Of a stretch of 64,000 bases of DNA, positions 49,154 to 59,346 are shown piece after piece. The translations under genes were made by a program, and so were the position numbers. Below the pieces are notes generated by a model, which made no database searches, was not told the DNA's origin, and worked only from the letters and a program-made list of their open reading frames with translations. This DNA is from Bacteroidales bacterium (lineage in GTDB: Bacteria > Bacteroidota > Bacteroidia > Bacteroidales > VadinHA17). Positions within the stretch are counted from its first letter, which is position 1, and every line of letters begins with the position of its first letter. The DNA is taken from contig DAOOUQ010000006.1 in NCBI GenBank assembly GCA_035390825.1, positions 24,207 to 88,206 on the forward strand, written 5' to 3'.

Positions 49154-50821
49154 TTATATCTGAAGAATTCCCCATGCGACAAGTATCAGCAATCCGACGA
49201 CAAGCCAGCTGAGGGCAAACCCGGCAAGGTCTTCGCGATATCGTCTGAAGAAATCCCTCCGACGTTCTTTATTCCTGTAACCCGGAATATCGAGAAGCAG
49301 GAGGTCATCGCCTGAAAGACTTGCTAACGGTTTCCTGCCGTCTGGTCCGGGTTCCCTGGCATCTGATTTCCTTCGCATGTTGTCAAAAAATGTTTCGATC
49401 TGCTGTTTGTCCTCGGGCCTGGTCAGAACGCTTACAAGCCAGAATGTTATGAAGCCTGAAAGCATGGCTATGCCAAAGGGTCCTGGTTTCCATGTATATA
49501 CAAGCATCAGTTTTCCTGTTGTTAAGAAATTAACAATGTAATAAACCGACACCGAAACCAGGACGGCAGCGCCTGCTCCAAACCTGTTTGCCCTTTTCCA
49601 TATCAGTCCGCCAAGGAACATTATACCCATGAAGGCGGCCAGCGTTTCAGTGAACAGGAACCCATGCAAAACGTTTTTAATGCTGAGGGCAAAAAGAACA
49701 CCCAGTATTGCAAGGCACAGTCCGGAATAACGTCCCATCCATAAAAGAGTCCTGTCGGAAGCATCCGGGTTTATGTATTTTTTATAGAAGTTCTTTGTAA
49801 ACAATGCACCGGTATTAACCATGAAGTTTGAGCAGGCCGACATGTTTGCAGCAACGATGGCAGAGAGCATCAGTCCAACCAGTCCGGGAACGAGCAGTTC
49901 ACCGCAGGCATAGCCGAAAGCCATTTCCGGATCATTTAACACTGCTTTGTTCTTGACAACAAGGGCAGCAACGACAAGGCCGGTAAGCGCCCATCCTATG
50001 GTAACAAGCCTCTTTACCATCGAACCGAAAGTCTGTCCTATCCTGCCGGCCCTTTCAGTGTTTCCTGTCGCACACATCGATATCATGTGCGGCTGTGCCG
50101 TGATCCCGACTATCCCGTTCACAGCAAGCATGGCAATGGTAAACGCGTCGATTCCGCTTGCACTGTTGAAAAGGTCAAAGAAATTGCCCGGAAGAACTGC
50201 CTTCATATAATGAAATCCGCCTATTTCCTTTAGCCCCAACGGGATAAGCATTATCGAGAGGATTATAATCAGGAACGACTGGATAAAATCTGTATAGGCT
50301 GATGCAATAAGGCCGCCGAGAAAGCTGTAAAGTATAAAAGCTATTGTCATACCCATAACCACCATATTCGGTGATACAAGATTGCCGGTGGCAACAGAGA
50401 TCACTTTTGCAGCACCCTGAAGCATGACGCCCATGTTGAAAACGAAAAAGGCGATGGCAAAAACCGAATAGATCATTCCCATGGTGCTTCCATATCTGTC
50501 TTCAACAATCTCGCCGACTGTTGTACGCTCGCTTCTCCTGTAAAACGGAGCTATAAGCCAATAAAAAGGTGTAATGAGCATATTCTTCCACTGGTACCAG
50601 ATTGTTGCAAATCCGCTGCTGAATGTTGCCCCGGTCTGGGCCACGGGCATCTCAGCATGTGTCCCTACACCAAATGCCTGGCCTATCATTATATACCATT
50701 TGAATTTGCGCCCGCCTCTGAAATAACTGTCGCTTGTCTTTATCTTCCGGGAGATCCAGATTCCAAATGATGTTATCAGGACAAAGTATCCTATAAGTAC
50801 AATATAATCGAGTGTGGTCAT
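49154..50821 (-). CDS. sodium:solute symporter (SSS) family transporter
   Basis: 555-aa polytopic protein. The N-terminus LDYIVLIGYFVLITSFGIW...SDSYFRGGR is typical of SSS carriers. Confidence 0.8.
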   Translation of the reverse strand: MTTLDYIVLIGYFVLITSFGIWISRKIKTSDSYFRGGRKFKWYIMIGQAFGVGTHAEMPVAQTGATFSSGFATIWYQWKNMLITPFYWLIAPFYRRSERTTVGEIVEDRYGSTMGMIYSVFAIAFFVFNMGVMLQGAAKVISVATGNLVSPNMVVMGMTIAFILYSFLGGLIASAYTDFIQSFLIIILSIMLIPLGLKEIGGFHYMKAVLPGNFFDLFNSASGIDAFTIAMLAVNGIVGITAQPHMISMCATGNTERAGRIGQTFGSMVKRLVTIGWALTGLVVAALVVKNKAVLNDPEMAFGYACGELLVPGLVGLMLSAIVAANMSACSNFMVNTGALFTKNFYKKYINPDASDRTLLWMGRYSGLCLAILGVLFALSIKNVLHGFLFTETLAAFMGIMFLGGLIWKRANRFGAGAAVLVSVSVYYIVNFLTTGKLMLVYTWKPGPFGIAMLSGFITFWLVSVLTRPEDKQQIETFFDNMRRKSDAREPGPDGRKPLASLSGDDLLLLDIPGYRNKERRRDFFRRYREDLAGFALSWLVVGLLILVAWGILQI

Positions 50822-50851
50822 GTCGAATTAAACTTTTTGGTTAATAAAGCA

Positions 50852-52000
50852 TCAGAGAACCCTTCTGCCTTTTACAAAAACCTGTTTTATAACAATCTCA
50901 TATCCGTTTCTTTCAAAAAGAACAAGATCGGCCCGCCGTCCCGGTTCAAGAGTTCCCCTGTCGGTAATCCCGAAGGCTTCAGCCACATTTGCCGAGGCCA
51001 TGTTGAAGGCTTCTCCGGGCGGACACCCCGTGAATTTCATGACATTGCCTATTCCTGTCCTGAGGGGAAGCGAAGCACCTGCCAGACAGTCAAGGACCGG
51101 ATTTTTTATCAGACCGTCATCTGTCATTACGATCCTGCTGCCAAAAAACATATAATTTCCGGGTTTCAGACCCGAGAGATGTGTAATGTCGGATGTAAGA
51201 ATAAGCTTCCCGGGTCCTTTAACCCTGTAGAAAACCCTTATCTCTTCAGGAGTAAGATGATGACCATCGGCAATAAATGTCGTTATCAGAAGATCATTTG
51301 CCAGTTGGGGCCACAACGGGTTATTGTGCCTGTGAATCATATTTGCGCATCCGTTCCCGAGGTGGGTTGAAAGCCTGGCTCCGTTATCCACAGCCTTATT
51401 AATCTGGTCGGTCGAAGCATTTGTGTGTCCAATTGCGACTACGACTCCTTCAGAAGTACACTTTTTTATGAATTCAAAGCTCTCATCAGTTTCAGGACTT
51501 ATTGTTACCTCCCTTATCTTTCCTTCTGCAGCTTCCTGATACATAGCAAACTCATCCCATGATGGTTTTCTTATAAAACCGGCAGGATGACAACCATAGT
51601 AACCGCTTTCCGGGGAGATGTAGGGGCCTTCAAGATGAAAGCCGGGTATGGAATCCTTTACCCTTTCATCGCTAAGAGAATTGGAAAGATTCTTGAAAAT
51701 CCTGAGGAGATTTTCATGGCTGTTTGTTAGCACTGTCGGAAAGAACGAGGTTACGCCTTCCGCGTTAAGGGCATCCACAGCCTGTCTCATTTCGTGTATC
51801 TTGAGGTCAGTATCAGAAAAGTCAGCCCCCCTGAAGCCATTGACCTGATTGTCGAAGAGGCCAGGAGCAACTAACAGGTCAGGGTCTCCTTCGGTATGGC
51901 CCGTTTCCATAATATCCCTGATAAAGCCTCCCGATATTCTTATCCTGACAGGTTTTCCTGTTGAATAGCTGACTGCATTTATTTCACTTATATCATTCAT
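50852..52000 (-). CDS. nagA: N-acetylglucosamine-6-phosphate deacetylase-like amidohydrolase
   Basis: PGLFDNQVNGFRGADF (E. coli-type QxNG variant of the first metal site), FHLEGPYIS, IGHTNAS. Confidence 0.7.
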   Translation of the reverse strand: MNDISEINAVSYSTGKPVRIRISGGFIRDIMETGHTEGDPDLLVAPGLFDNQVNGFRGADFSDTDLKIHEMRQAVDALNAEGVTSFFPTVLTNSHENLLRIFKNLSNSLSDERVKDSIPGFHLEGPYISPESGYYGCHPAGFIRKPSWDEFAMYQEAAEGKIREVTISPETDESFEFIKKCTSEGVVVAIGHTNASTDQINKAVDNGARLSTHLGNGCANMIHRHNNPLWPQLANDLLITTFIADGHHLTPEEIRVFYRVKGPGKLILTSDITHLSGLKPGNYMFFGSRIVMTDDGLIKNPVLDCLAGASLPLRTGIGNVMKFTGCPPGEAFNMASANVAEAFGITDRGTLEPGRRADLVLFERNGYEIVIKQVFVKGRRVL

Positions 52001-52018
52001 TTTCTAATTTTTAATGAT

Positions 52019-52753
52019 TCAAAGATGTACAATTTCCGAAGCTGAATTCAAATCCAGGAAGAGATGCCAGTCGGGATGCATTTTCAGCATAGTTGCGGGG
52101 ACATCAGGGGTCAGGCCAGTGGTAAGGGTTTTATAAACCGCGTGAGCCTTAACCTTATGCGGAACAACAGAAATTATCTTTCTGCACTGCATGATCTGCC
52201 ATACACTCATTGAAACAGCATTTACCGGCACCTCGGCCACTGAACCGAACCATCCTTCGTCGACCTGTTGCTTCCTGCACTGTTCATCAAGTTTTACAAC
52301 TATGTATGCATCCTTTGTCTGAAAATCAGCAGGGGGATCGTTGAAAGCAATATGCCCGTTTACACCAATACCTATAATGCCCAGATCGACAGGCTTTTTT
52401 CTAATCTCTGAGGAAAGCATCTTGATCCGGTTGTCAATATCGCCCTCAACGTCGACACTATGAAATTTACTTGCGGGAACCAGATTTATGAATCTTTCAA
52501 GAAGATATTTTCTGAAACTGGCATTATGGGTTACCGGTAACCCTATGTACTCATCAAGGTGAAATACCTCCACCTTTCTCCAGTCGATATTCTCCCTGAC
52601 GAGGGCCTGAAACATGTCAAACTGGGAACTCCCTGTCGAAACGACAATTCTTGCTTCACCCGACGATTCAATGACTTTATTGAGAACACCTGCGATAAGG
52701 CCTGCAGCTTTTCTGCCGGAGCTGGCAGAATCATTCGAAATATCTATTACCAT
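52019..52753 (-). CDS. nagB: glucosamine-6-phosphate deaminase/isomerase family protein
   Basis: The track start is a TTG; the first ATG is at 52753. Motifs: STGSSQ, FHLDEYIGL, GIGVNGHIAFNDP. Confidence 0.75.
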   Translation of the reverse strand: MVIDISNDSASSGRKAAGLIAGVLNKVIESSGEARIVVSTGSSQFDMFQALVRENIDWRKVEVFHLDEYIGLPVTHNASFRKYLLERFINLVPASKFHSVDVEGDIDNRIKMLSSEIRKKPVDLGIIGIGVNGHIAFNDPPADFQTKDAYIVVKLDEQCRKQQVDEGWFGSVAEVPVNAVSMSVWQIMQCRKIISVVPHKVKAHAVYKTLTTGLTPDVPATMLKMHPDWHLFLDLNSASEIVHL

Positions 52754-52864
52754 TCTGTTAAAAAATATTAAAAACAACATGTGATCCGGCAATTATGGAT
52801 CACCCATAAAAGTATGGCAATAATTTCAAAATTCAATTTTCTATCTTCACCAAAAAATTTTGTG

Positions 52865-55081
52865 ATGGATAAATATCGTACGTTAGCGGTAATTGCCTTA
52901 ATTGTTTTCTGCGGGAATTTCATTTCGGGCCAGAACAGCGGAGTTAACCGCGGAAAGTACAAAATTCATATTTCAAAGACAGATGAGCCCATTACCATTG
53001 ACGGAATTCTTGATGAAAAGACCTGGGGATCAGCAGAAACCACCGGAAAGTTTCAACGTGTCACGCCTACTGACACGGGTTTTGCAGCAGCACGTACCGA
53101 GGTAAAATTAGCATATGACAAATCGAATATTTATGTGGGAGTGGTCTGCTGGGATCCGACACCAGGGAAAAGACCTGTTGAATCGTTACGGAGGGATTTT
53201 TCATTCATGAAGAATGACAATTTCATGATTTTTTTCGATACATACAATGACCAGACGAACGGATTTGCATTCGGAATTACGCCGGCTGGTGCCCAGACAG
53301 AAGGATTGCAGTACGAAGGCACAAAAGTACTTTACAACTGGGACATTAAATGGCGGTCGGCAGTAAAAAATTATGATGACAAATGGGTTACTGAATTCAG
53401 TATTCCTTTCAGGAGCATAAGGTACAATGGAGGAGATACGGAATGGGGTGTAAACTTCGGACGGCTTGATCTGAAGAACAACGAAAAATCGGCATGGGCA
53501 CCTATGCCAAGACAGTTTCCTCATTGTTCTCTGCCATTCACCGGAACGCTAATCTGGGATAAACCAATGGAAAAAGCCGGGCTGCGGTTTTCCCTGATTC
53601 CATATGTAACCGGGAAGGTCACAAAGAATTATGAAACAGATGGTGACGCTGCATGGAAATGGAACGGAGGCATTGATGCAAAGATAATCCTTTCTACATC
53701 GCTGAACCTTGATCTTACGGTGAATCCCGATTATTCTCAGGTCGAAGTTGACAAGCAGCAGACCAACCTCGATCGCTATGAATTATTCTTCCCTGAAAAA
53801 AGGCAGTTTTTCCTTGAAAACAGCGATCTTTTTGCAAGTCTGGGTACAGAAAACGTAAGACCGTTCTTCTCAAGGAGGATCGGGCTTCAGAATCCTGTGA
53901 TAGCCGGAGCACGCCTGAGCGGGAACCTCGACAAAAACTGGAGACTTGCCATTATGGATATTCAGACCGACAAAGAAGAAGATATCTATGCAGCCAATTA
54001 CATGGTTGCCACGTTGCAGCGAAAAGTATTCAGCAGATCGAATGTCTCGGCTTTCGTCATCAACAAACAGGTAACAGGTGTCGGAGGGGATGATACTTTT
54101 GAGGGCAGCAAATTCAACCGCATCGCCGGCCTTGAATACAACCTGGCCAGCCCCGACAACAGGTGGACGGGCAAAACATATTACCATCAGGATTTCATTG
54201 GGAATACTGCAATCAGGAATGCTGCAGCCGCTGCCAATCTGACATATTCAACACAATACTTCACCGCATCCCTGAACCAGGCATTCACCGGTTCGGGGTA
54301 CAATGCCGAGACAGGCTACATCCGAAGAAGAGGCTATTACCAGGCGAATGGTTCGGTACTGTACAAATTCTTCCCGAAAAGCAAAACACTTATAAGTCAC
54401 GGACCGACATTAAAACTTGACACATATTTTAATCCATATTCATCATGGTCACTTACAGACAGGGAGGCCCAGCTCATGTACAGCTTTGATTTCCTCAACA
54501 AGAGCTCATTCTCCGTTGATTTTAAGGAAACTTATATAGAGCTTCTGGCCCCGTTTGATCCTACTAACACGGGAGGATTGAAACTTGCAGCGGGCGATGA
54601 TTTTGACTGGAATGAATTCGGTGCAACTTACACCTCCGACAACAGAAGAATGTTCAATGTGGTCCTCACAGGAAGATATGGAGGTTATTACAATGGCAAC
54701 AGGCTTACCCTTAACGGTGAGTTCAACTATCGTGTTCAGCCCTATGGAAGCCTTGCGCTTACAACAACTTATTACGATATTTCACTGCCTTCACCATACA
54801 ACAGCGCAAAGCTTATGCTTATTGGTCCGAGATTTGATTTCACATTCACTGACAAACTGTTTTTTACCAGCTTCATACAGTATAACAACCAGATTGACAA
54901 CATGAACCTCAACCTGCGTTTCCAATGGAGGTTTGCTCCGGTCTCCGACCTGTTCATAGTATATACCCAGAACAGCTTTGCACCTGACATGTTCGGGCAA
55001 TTCAACGGCAATGACAGCCCTGAAAGCTTCAGTGTCAGAAACCGGGGACTTGTGGTAAAACTATCTTACTGGTTTAATTAA
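52865..55081 (+). CDS. CBM9-like / DUF5916 domain outer-membrane-associated protein
   Basis: The track start is a GTG; ATG 52865 gives the signal peptide MDKYRTLAVIALIVFCGNFISGQ. N-terminal ITIDGILDEKTWGSAE is CBM9-like, and the long beta-rich C-terminus ends in YWFN. Confidence 0.65.
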   Translation: MDKYRTLAVIALIVFCGNFISGQNSGVNRGKYKIHISKTDEPITIDGILDEKTWGSAETTGKFQRVTPTDTGFAAARTEVKLAYDKSNIYVGVVCWDPTPGKRPVESLRRDFSFMKNDNFMIFFDTYNDQTNGFAFGITPAGAQTEGLQYEGTKVLYNWDIKWRSAVKNYDDKWVTEFSIPFRSIRYNGGDTEWGVNFGRLDLKNNEKSAWAPMPRQFPHCSLPFTGTLIWDKPMEKAGLRFSLIPYVTGKVTKNYETDGDAAWKWNGGIDAKIILSTSLNLDLTVNPDYSQVEVDKQQTNLDRYELFFPEKRQFFLENSDLFASLGTENVRPFFSRRIGLQNPVIAGARLSGNLDKNWRLAIMDIQTDKEEDIYAANYMVATLQRKVFSRSNVSAFVINKQVTGVGGDDTFEGSKFNRIAGLEYNLASPDNRWTGKTYYHQDFIGNTAIRNAAAAANLTYSTQYFTASLNQAFTGSGYNAETGYIRRRGYYQANGSVLYKFFPKSKTLISHGPTLKLDTYFNPYSSWSLTDREAQLMYSFDFLNKSSFSVDFKETYIELLAPFDPTNTGGLKLAAGDDFDWNEFGATYTSDNRRMFNVVLTGRYGGYYNGNRLTLNGEFNYRVQPYGSLALTTTYYDISLPSPYNSAKLMLIGPRFDFTFTDKLFFTSFIQYNNQIDNMNLNLRFQWRFAPVSDLFIVYTQNSFAPDMFGQFNGNDSPESFSVRNRGLVVKLSYWFN

Positions 55082-55084
55082 GAG

Positions 55085-56389
55085 CTAAACTTTTTCCGGA
55101 ACCACATAAGGTGGCCTCGGAGGACGAGTAAGCAGGGAATTTGCTTCTTCGTCACCGATAAACCTCTCAGTTGCCGGGTCGAACCTCAACGTTCTTCCTG
55201 TCCTGTAGGCTATGTTCCCCAGATGGGCAAGCGCTGACGACAGGTGAGCAGTTTCAACCGGAGCATTCAGCAATGATTTGTCGTGGGCGCGGACCGCCTG
55301 AATGAAGTTCAGGAAATGGTCACCACCCTCTTTCCTCGAAGGACCCGGTTTATAATCCCTGCCAAGGAATGTCTGGTAGGTGTCGTAACCATTTATAACC
55401 ATATAACCTTCACTGCCATAGAATATGTTCCCTACGGTTACACCCTTTTCATCATTTGTTATCCAGGGACGCACCTCGAATTCTATTATCTTCTTTTCCT
55501 TCGGATAGTAGTATGTTGAGGACAGAACCTCGGGCGTTATCTTGGCATCATTGAAGAGGAATTTTCCTCCTGCTGCTGTTATCTGTTCAGGTAAACCCAC
55601 ATTTAGTCCCCACATGCAGAGGTCGGTTTCGTGGACTCCCTGGTTTCCGACATCGCCGTTCCCGTAGTTCCAGGTCCAATGCCAGTTATAATGGACAATG
55701 TTACGCGAGAAAGGCTGTTTCGCGGCGGGACCGGTCCAGAGGTCATAGTCGAGCCCGTCAGGGACGGGTTCAGTGCCTTTATCACCGATGTCATCCCTCC
55801 ATCTGTAACATAGTCCGCGCGCCATATAGACATTTCCGATTAAACCGTCCCTCAGATGTCTGATTGCTTCCTGAACTGCCACAGAGCTCCTGAGCTGAAC
55901 GCCATGTTGAACTATCCTGTCGTATTTTGCAGCAGCTTCGACCATTTTGCGGCCTTCAAACACATTGTGAGAACCAGGTTTTTCCACATAAACATCCTTG
56001 CCTGCCTGGCATGCCCAAATAGTGGCCAACGCATGCCAGTGATTGGGCGTGGCAATACTTACGGCGTCGATCGATTTATCTTCATAAACTTTCCTGAGAT
56101 CCTGTTGCTGCATGACTTTTTTCCCATATTTCTTTTCAAATTCCGCCGCCCTTTTGCCAAGAACGACAAGATCGGGATCACAAAGGCAAGCCACTTCCAC
56201 ATCCGGAAGGTTCATATATCCCTCGATATGAGTGGTCCCCCTTCCGTTGACGCCAAGAACCGCAACACGGACCTTATCATTGGCACCGAAAACATTCGAT
56301 GGAATTATTTCAGGCATGGCAAGAAGCACAGCCGCTCCTGCAGATTTCTTCACGAAAACCCTTCTGGAGAGTGTATCTTTTTCTTTCAT
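55085..56389 (-). CDS. Gfo/Idh/MocA family oxidoreductase, Tat-exported
   Basis: Twin-arginine motif LSRRVFVKKSAGAAVLLA. Rossmann VAVLGVNGRGTTH. EKPGS motif. Confidence 0.8.
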   Translation of the reverse strand: MKEKDTLSRRVFVKKSAGAAVLLAMPEIIPSNVFGANDKVRVAVLGVNGRGTTHIEGYMNLPDVEVACLCDPDLVVLGKRAAEFEKKYGKKVMQQQDLRKVYEDKSIDAVSIATPNHWHALATIWACQAGKDVYVEKPGSHNVFEGRKMVEAAAKYDRIVQHGVQLRSSVAVQEAIRHLRDGLIGNVYMARGLCYRWRDDIGDKGTEPVPDGLDYDLWTGPAAKQPFSRNIVHYNWHWTWNYGNGDVGNQGVHETDLCMWGLNVGLPEQITAAGGKFLFNDAKITPEVLSSTYYYPKEKKIIEFEVRPWITNDEKGVTVGNIFYGSEGYMVINGYDTYQTFLGRDYKPGPSRKEGGDHFLNFIQAVRAHDKSLLNAPVETAHLSSALAHLGNIAYRTGRTLRFDPATERFIGDEEANSLLTRPPRPPYVVPEKV

Positions 56390-56467
56390 GAGAGTAAAAT
56401 TTAGGTCAAAAATGATGAACCAGCGATATCGGATGTTAAGGTAATAAAACTGAACCGGAAAACAATC

Positions 56468-57079
56468 CTATCTGATCATAAAATCAAGCAAAGGGGCATC
56501 CTCAAGATATGCGACAAGATGATCATTTTTTTTCAGAGGGCCCACACCTGCAGGTGTACCGGTAAAGATCAGGTCGCCGGTCTTGAGTGTGAAAAAGCGT
56601 GATACATATGATATAATCTCATTAACGCTGAAGATCATATCTGCCGTATTGCTCTGCTGCACAACATTTCCATTAATTTCGAGCCTGAAATTCAGGTTGT
56701 TGATATCCTGAAAAGTGCTGGCAGAGATGAACCTGCCAACCGGAGCTGCCCCGTCGAAGCATTTCGATATCTCCCAGGGCAAACGGGCTTTCGATAATTT
56801 TGTCTGAAGATCACGGGCAGTAATGTCAATCCCCATCGTGACCTCGTCGTAATACCTCGGGGCAAATTTCGGCTCAATACCCTTTCCAAGCTTTGATATC
56901 CTGACAACCACCTCCGCCTCATAGTGAATCTCTGAAGAAAAGTCGGGAAGGAAGAAAGGTTTGTTGTTTTTAAGGATAGCTGAATCAGGTTTCAGAAATA
57001 CGACCGGCTCATCGGGGAACGGCCTTCCCATTTCCATGGCATGACGTTTGTAATTAAGTCCTATGCAAATGATTTTCAT
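56468..57079 (-). CDS. fumarylacetoacetate hydrolase (FAH) family protein
   Basis: 203 aa. MKIICIGLNYKRHAMEM...FLKPDSA...YEAEVVV is typical of short FAH-family proteins. Confidence 0.8.
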   Translation of the reverse strand: MKIICIGLNYKRHAMEMGRPFPDEPVVFLKPDSAILKNNKPFFLPDFSSEIHYEAEVVVRISKLGKGIEPKFAPRYYDEVTMGIDITARDLQTKLSKARLPWEISKCFDGAAPVGRFISASTFQDINNLNFRLEINGNVVQQSNTADMIFSVNEIISYVSRFFTLKTGDLIFTGTPAGVGPLKKNDHLVAYLEDAPLLDFMIR

Positions 57080-57089
57080 ATTACGAATG

Positions 57090-57857
57090 TTACTGTCCGA
57101 ATGACCTGAGTTTTATCTCCGTGAGGATCTTCTTTGTATAAAGGGGAAAATCCCCGTTCATCATCCATGAATAATATGAGGGATCTTCAGTAAAGACTTT
57201 TTCAACTGACTTGCCCTTGTGTTTTCCGAAATTAAAGATCTCAACGCCGTTTTCATCATATATTATGCGTCCGGCAAAATCAACATTATTGTTGAATGTG
57301 CTGAACTCGGCAAGTTTCTCAACATCATTTTCCAGATCGTCATACCTGTCGAGCTGGGCTTTAAGGACATCATAGGTTGCCTGGGTATCGGCCATTGAAC
57401 TATGTGCATTCTCAAGTTCTTTTTTACAGTAAAACTGATAAGCAGCTGCCAGCGTACGCTGTTCCTTTTTATGGAAAATCACCTGTACGTCTATATATTT
57501 CCTTTTCAGGAAATTGAAATCCATGTTGATCCGGAGGAATTCCTCTGCAAGAACAGGAATGTCGAACTTGATGGCGTTGTATCCGGCAAGGTCAGTTCCT
57601 TCGAGAAATGCAATAAGTTTCTTTGCAATTCCCCTGAATGTGGGTGAATCTGCAACATCGGCATCCGTAATACCGTGTATTGCAGTCGATTTGGGAGGTA
57701 TGGGCATTTCAGGATTTATTCTGGTGCTCATCCACTCCTGCATGCCTCCCGGATATATTTTCAGGATTGAAATTTCCACAATCCTGTCAGTCGAAACATT
57801 TATCCCGGTTGTTTCGAGATCGAGGAAGGCTAACGGACGTCGTAAATTCAGTTCCAA
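57090..57857 (-). CDS. DnaQ/epsilon-like 3'-5' exonuclease domain protein
   Basis: Exo motifs FLDLETTG, HGITD and HSSMADTQAT. The only possible start upstream of ExoI is the TTG at 57857, 3 nt after the dnaN stop. Confidence 0.8.
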   Translation of the reverse strand: MELNLRRPLAFLDLETTGINVSTDRIVEISILKIYPGGMQEWMSTRINPEMPIPPKSTAIHGITDADVADSPTFRGIAKKLIAFLEGTDLAGYNAIKFDIPVLAEEFLRINMDFNFLKRKYIDVQVIFHKKEQRTLAAAYQFYCKKELENAHSSMADTQATYDVLKAQLDRYDDLENDVEKLAEFSTFNNNVDFAGRIIYDENGVEIFNFGKHKGKSVEKVFTEDPSYYSWMMNGDFPLYTKKILTEIKLRSFGQ

Positions 57858-57860
57858 GTA

Positions 57861-58991
57861 TCAGGCATTTATCATCATTGGCATCAGCAGCATGAGAAGG
57901 TCTTCCGACTCATTCTCAGTTTCGCCGGGAAGAAATAAACCAGCTCTTGTGGGGTCGGCAAGTTCAATCATAACATCCTGCGATCCAATGTTTGAGAGTA
58001 TTTCAAGGAGGAATACAGATTTGAACCCTATCTCCATATCATCACCCTGATACTGGCATTTGATCTTTTCATAGGCTGAAATTGAAAAATCAATGTCCTG
58101 TGCCGAAACCATGGCCTGGTTTCCCTTAAGCTGAAGTTTTACCAGATTGCTTGCCTGGTTAGAAAAGACAGACACTCTTTTTAACGTATTATAAAATTCC
58201 ACCCTGTCGATGGTGATCTTCCGGGGATTGTTTTTAGGTATTACCGAGTTGTAATTGGGGTAATTACCCTCCACGAGCCTGCATACAACCTTATAGTCGT
58301 TCAGGTTGAAAAAGGCATTCTTATCATCATATTCAACGGTGACAGGCCCCGACTCCCTCGGAAGGATGTTTTTAAGGAGCGATGCCGGTTTTTTTGGAAG
58401 TATGAATGAGGAATTATCATCAGCATGTGCATCCGTCCTTTGATACCTTACAAGTTTATGTGCATCTGATGCAACAAAAGTAATCTTGTCGGTTGAGGCT
58501 TCAACGAAAATACCGCCCATAACAGGCCGGAGCTCATCATCAGCCGTAGCAAAAAGCGTCTTATTGATTCCTGAAAGAAGAACATCAGCATTGATGACAA
58601 AGGAGAATCTCTTATCCTTCTTAATAGCAGGCAGAGCGGGAAAATCCACTCCATTCTGTCCTACAATGTTGAATTTACCATTTTCAGATGTAATTACAAC
58701 GGCAAGTGTATCCAGACTTATGTCAAAGGCCAATGGCTGAACCGAGAACTCTTTCAGGGTATCAAGCAGTATTCTTGCCGGAAGTGCTATTATCCCGTCG
58801 CCATCTGCATTTTCAAGCTTCATCCTTGTGATCAGGGTTGATTCCAGATCGGATGCTGTTATTTCAAGATCATTGCCTGAAAGGTTAAAAAGAAAATTGT
58901 CAAGAATAGGCAGAGTGTTCTTTGAACTTATCACTCTGCTGATGGCCTGTAAATGACCTAGTAGTTCTGTACTGGATACAACAAATTTCAT
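57861..58991 (-). CDS. dnaN: DNA polymerase III subunit beta (sliding clamp)
   Basis: 376 aa. Typical N-terminus MKFVVSSTELLGHLQAISRVI, three-domain length, C-terminal LLMPMMI. Confidence 0.9.
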   Translation of the reverse strand: MKFVVSSTELLGHLQAISRVISSKNTLPILDNFLFNLSGNDLEITASDLESTLITRMKLENADGDGIIALPARILLDTLKEFSVQPLAFDISLDTLAVVITSENGKFNIVGQNGVDFPALPAIKKDKRFSFVINADVLLSGINKTLFATADDELRPVMGGIFVEASTDKITFVASDAHKLVRYQRTDAHADDNSSFILPKKPASLLKNILPRESGPVTVEYDDKNAFFNLNDYKVVCRLVEGNYPNYNSVIPKNNPRKITIDRVEFYNTLKRVSVFSNQASNLVKLQLKGNQAMVSAQDIDFSISAYEKIKCQYQGDDMEIGFKSVFLLEILSNIGSQDVMIELADPTRAGLFLPGETENESEDLLMLLMPMMINA

Positions 58992-59346
58992 TTTATATCT
59001 TTTTTATAATTTTCCAAAGTTTGCGATACTCACATAACTATCAGTGGATAAACCGGTTAAGACTTTATTTATCCCGTTTTACCGACTATCAATATTACAA
59101 AAAAAACATTTAACCTCAAATAAAATAAAGTTGGTATCAGCAATATTAAGTAAAGAGACAGATGCTGAAAACTCTTACTATTCTTTTCCCGTCCTTTTTC
59201 CGTATGGGGAAGGAGCCTGGTCATTCCACTCCGGGGGAACCGGGTAAGCGTGCCTGTTATCATCAAACAAAGAAAGCTGAAGGCTGACATTGTGTCAAAA
59301 TATTCCGGTTAAATAATATTTATTGCTGATACTCATTTTTTAAATA

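Noticed and set aside
55085-56389. The Tat-exported Gfo/Idh/MocA protein could be a GH109-type NAD-dependent glycosidase.
   Set aside because: The Tat signal and fold are compatible with this, but I could not confirm GH109-specific residues by eye. I kept the generic oxidoreductase call.
59190-59270. A GC-richer patch (GGAAGGAGCCTGGTCATTCC...CCGGGGGAACCGGGTAAGCG) upstream of dnaN, resembling SRP/4.5S RNA words.
   Set aside because: The conserved SRP core (GUCAGGUCCGGAAGGAAGCAGC) is not present on either strand, and I could not draw a convincing long helix. The 355-bp gap at 58992-59346 remains unexplained.
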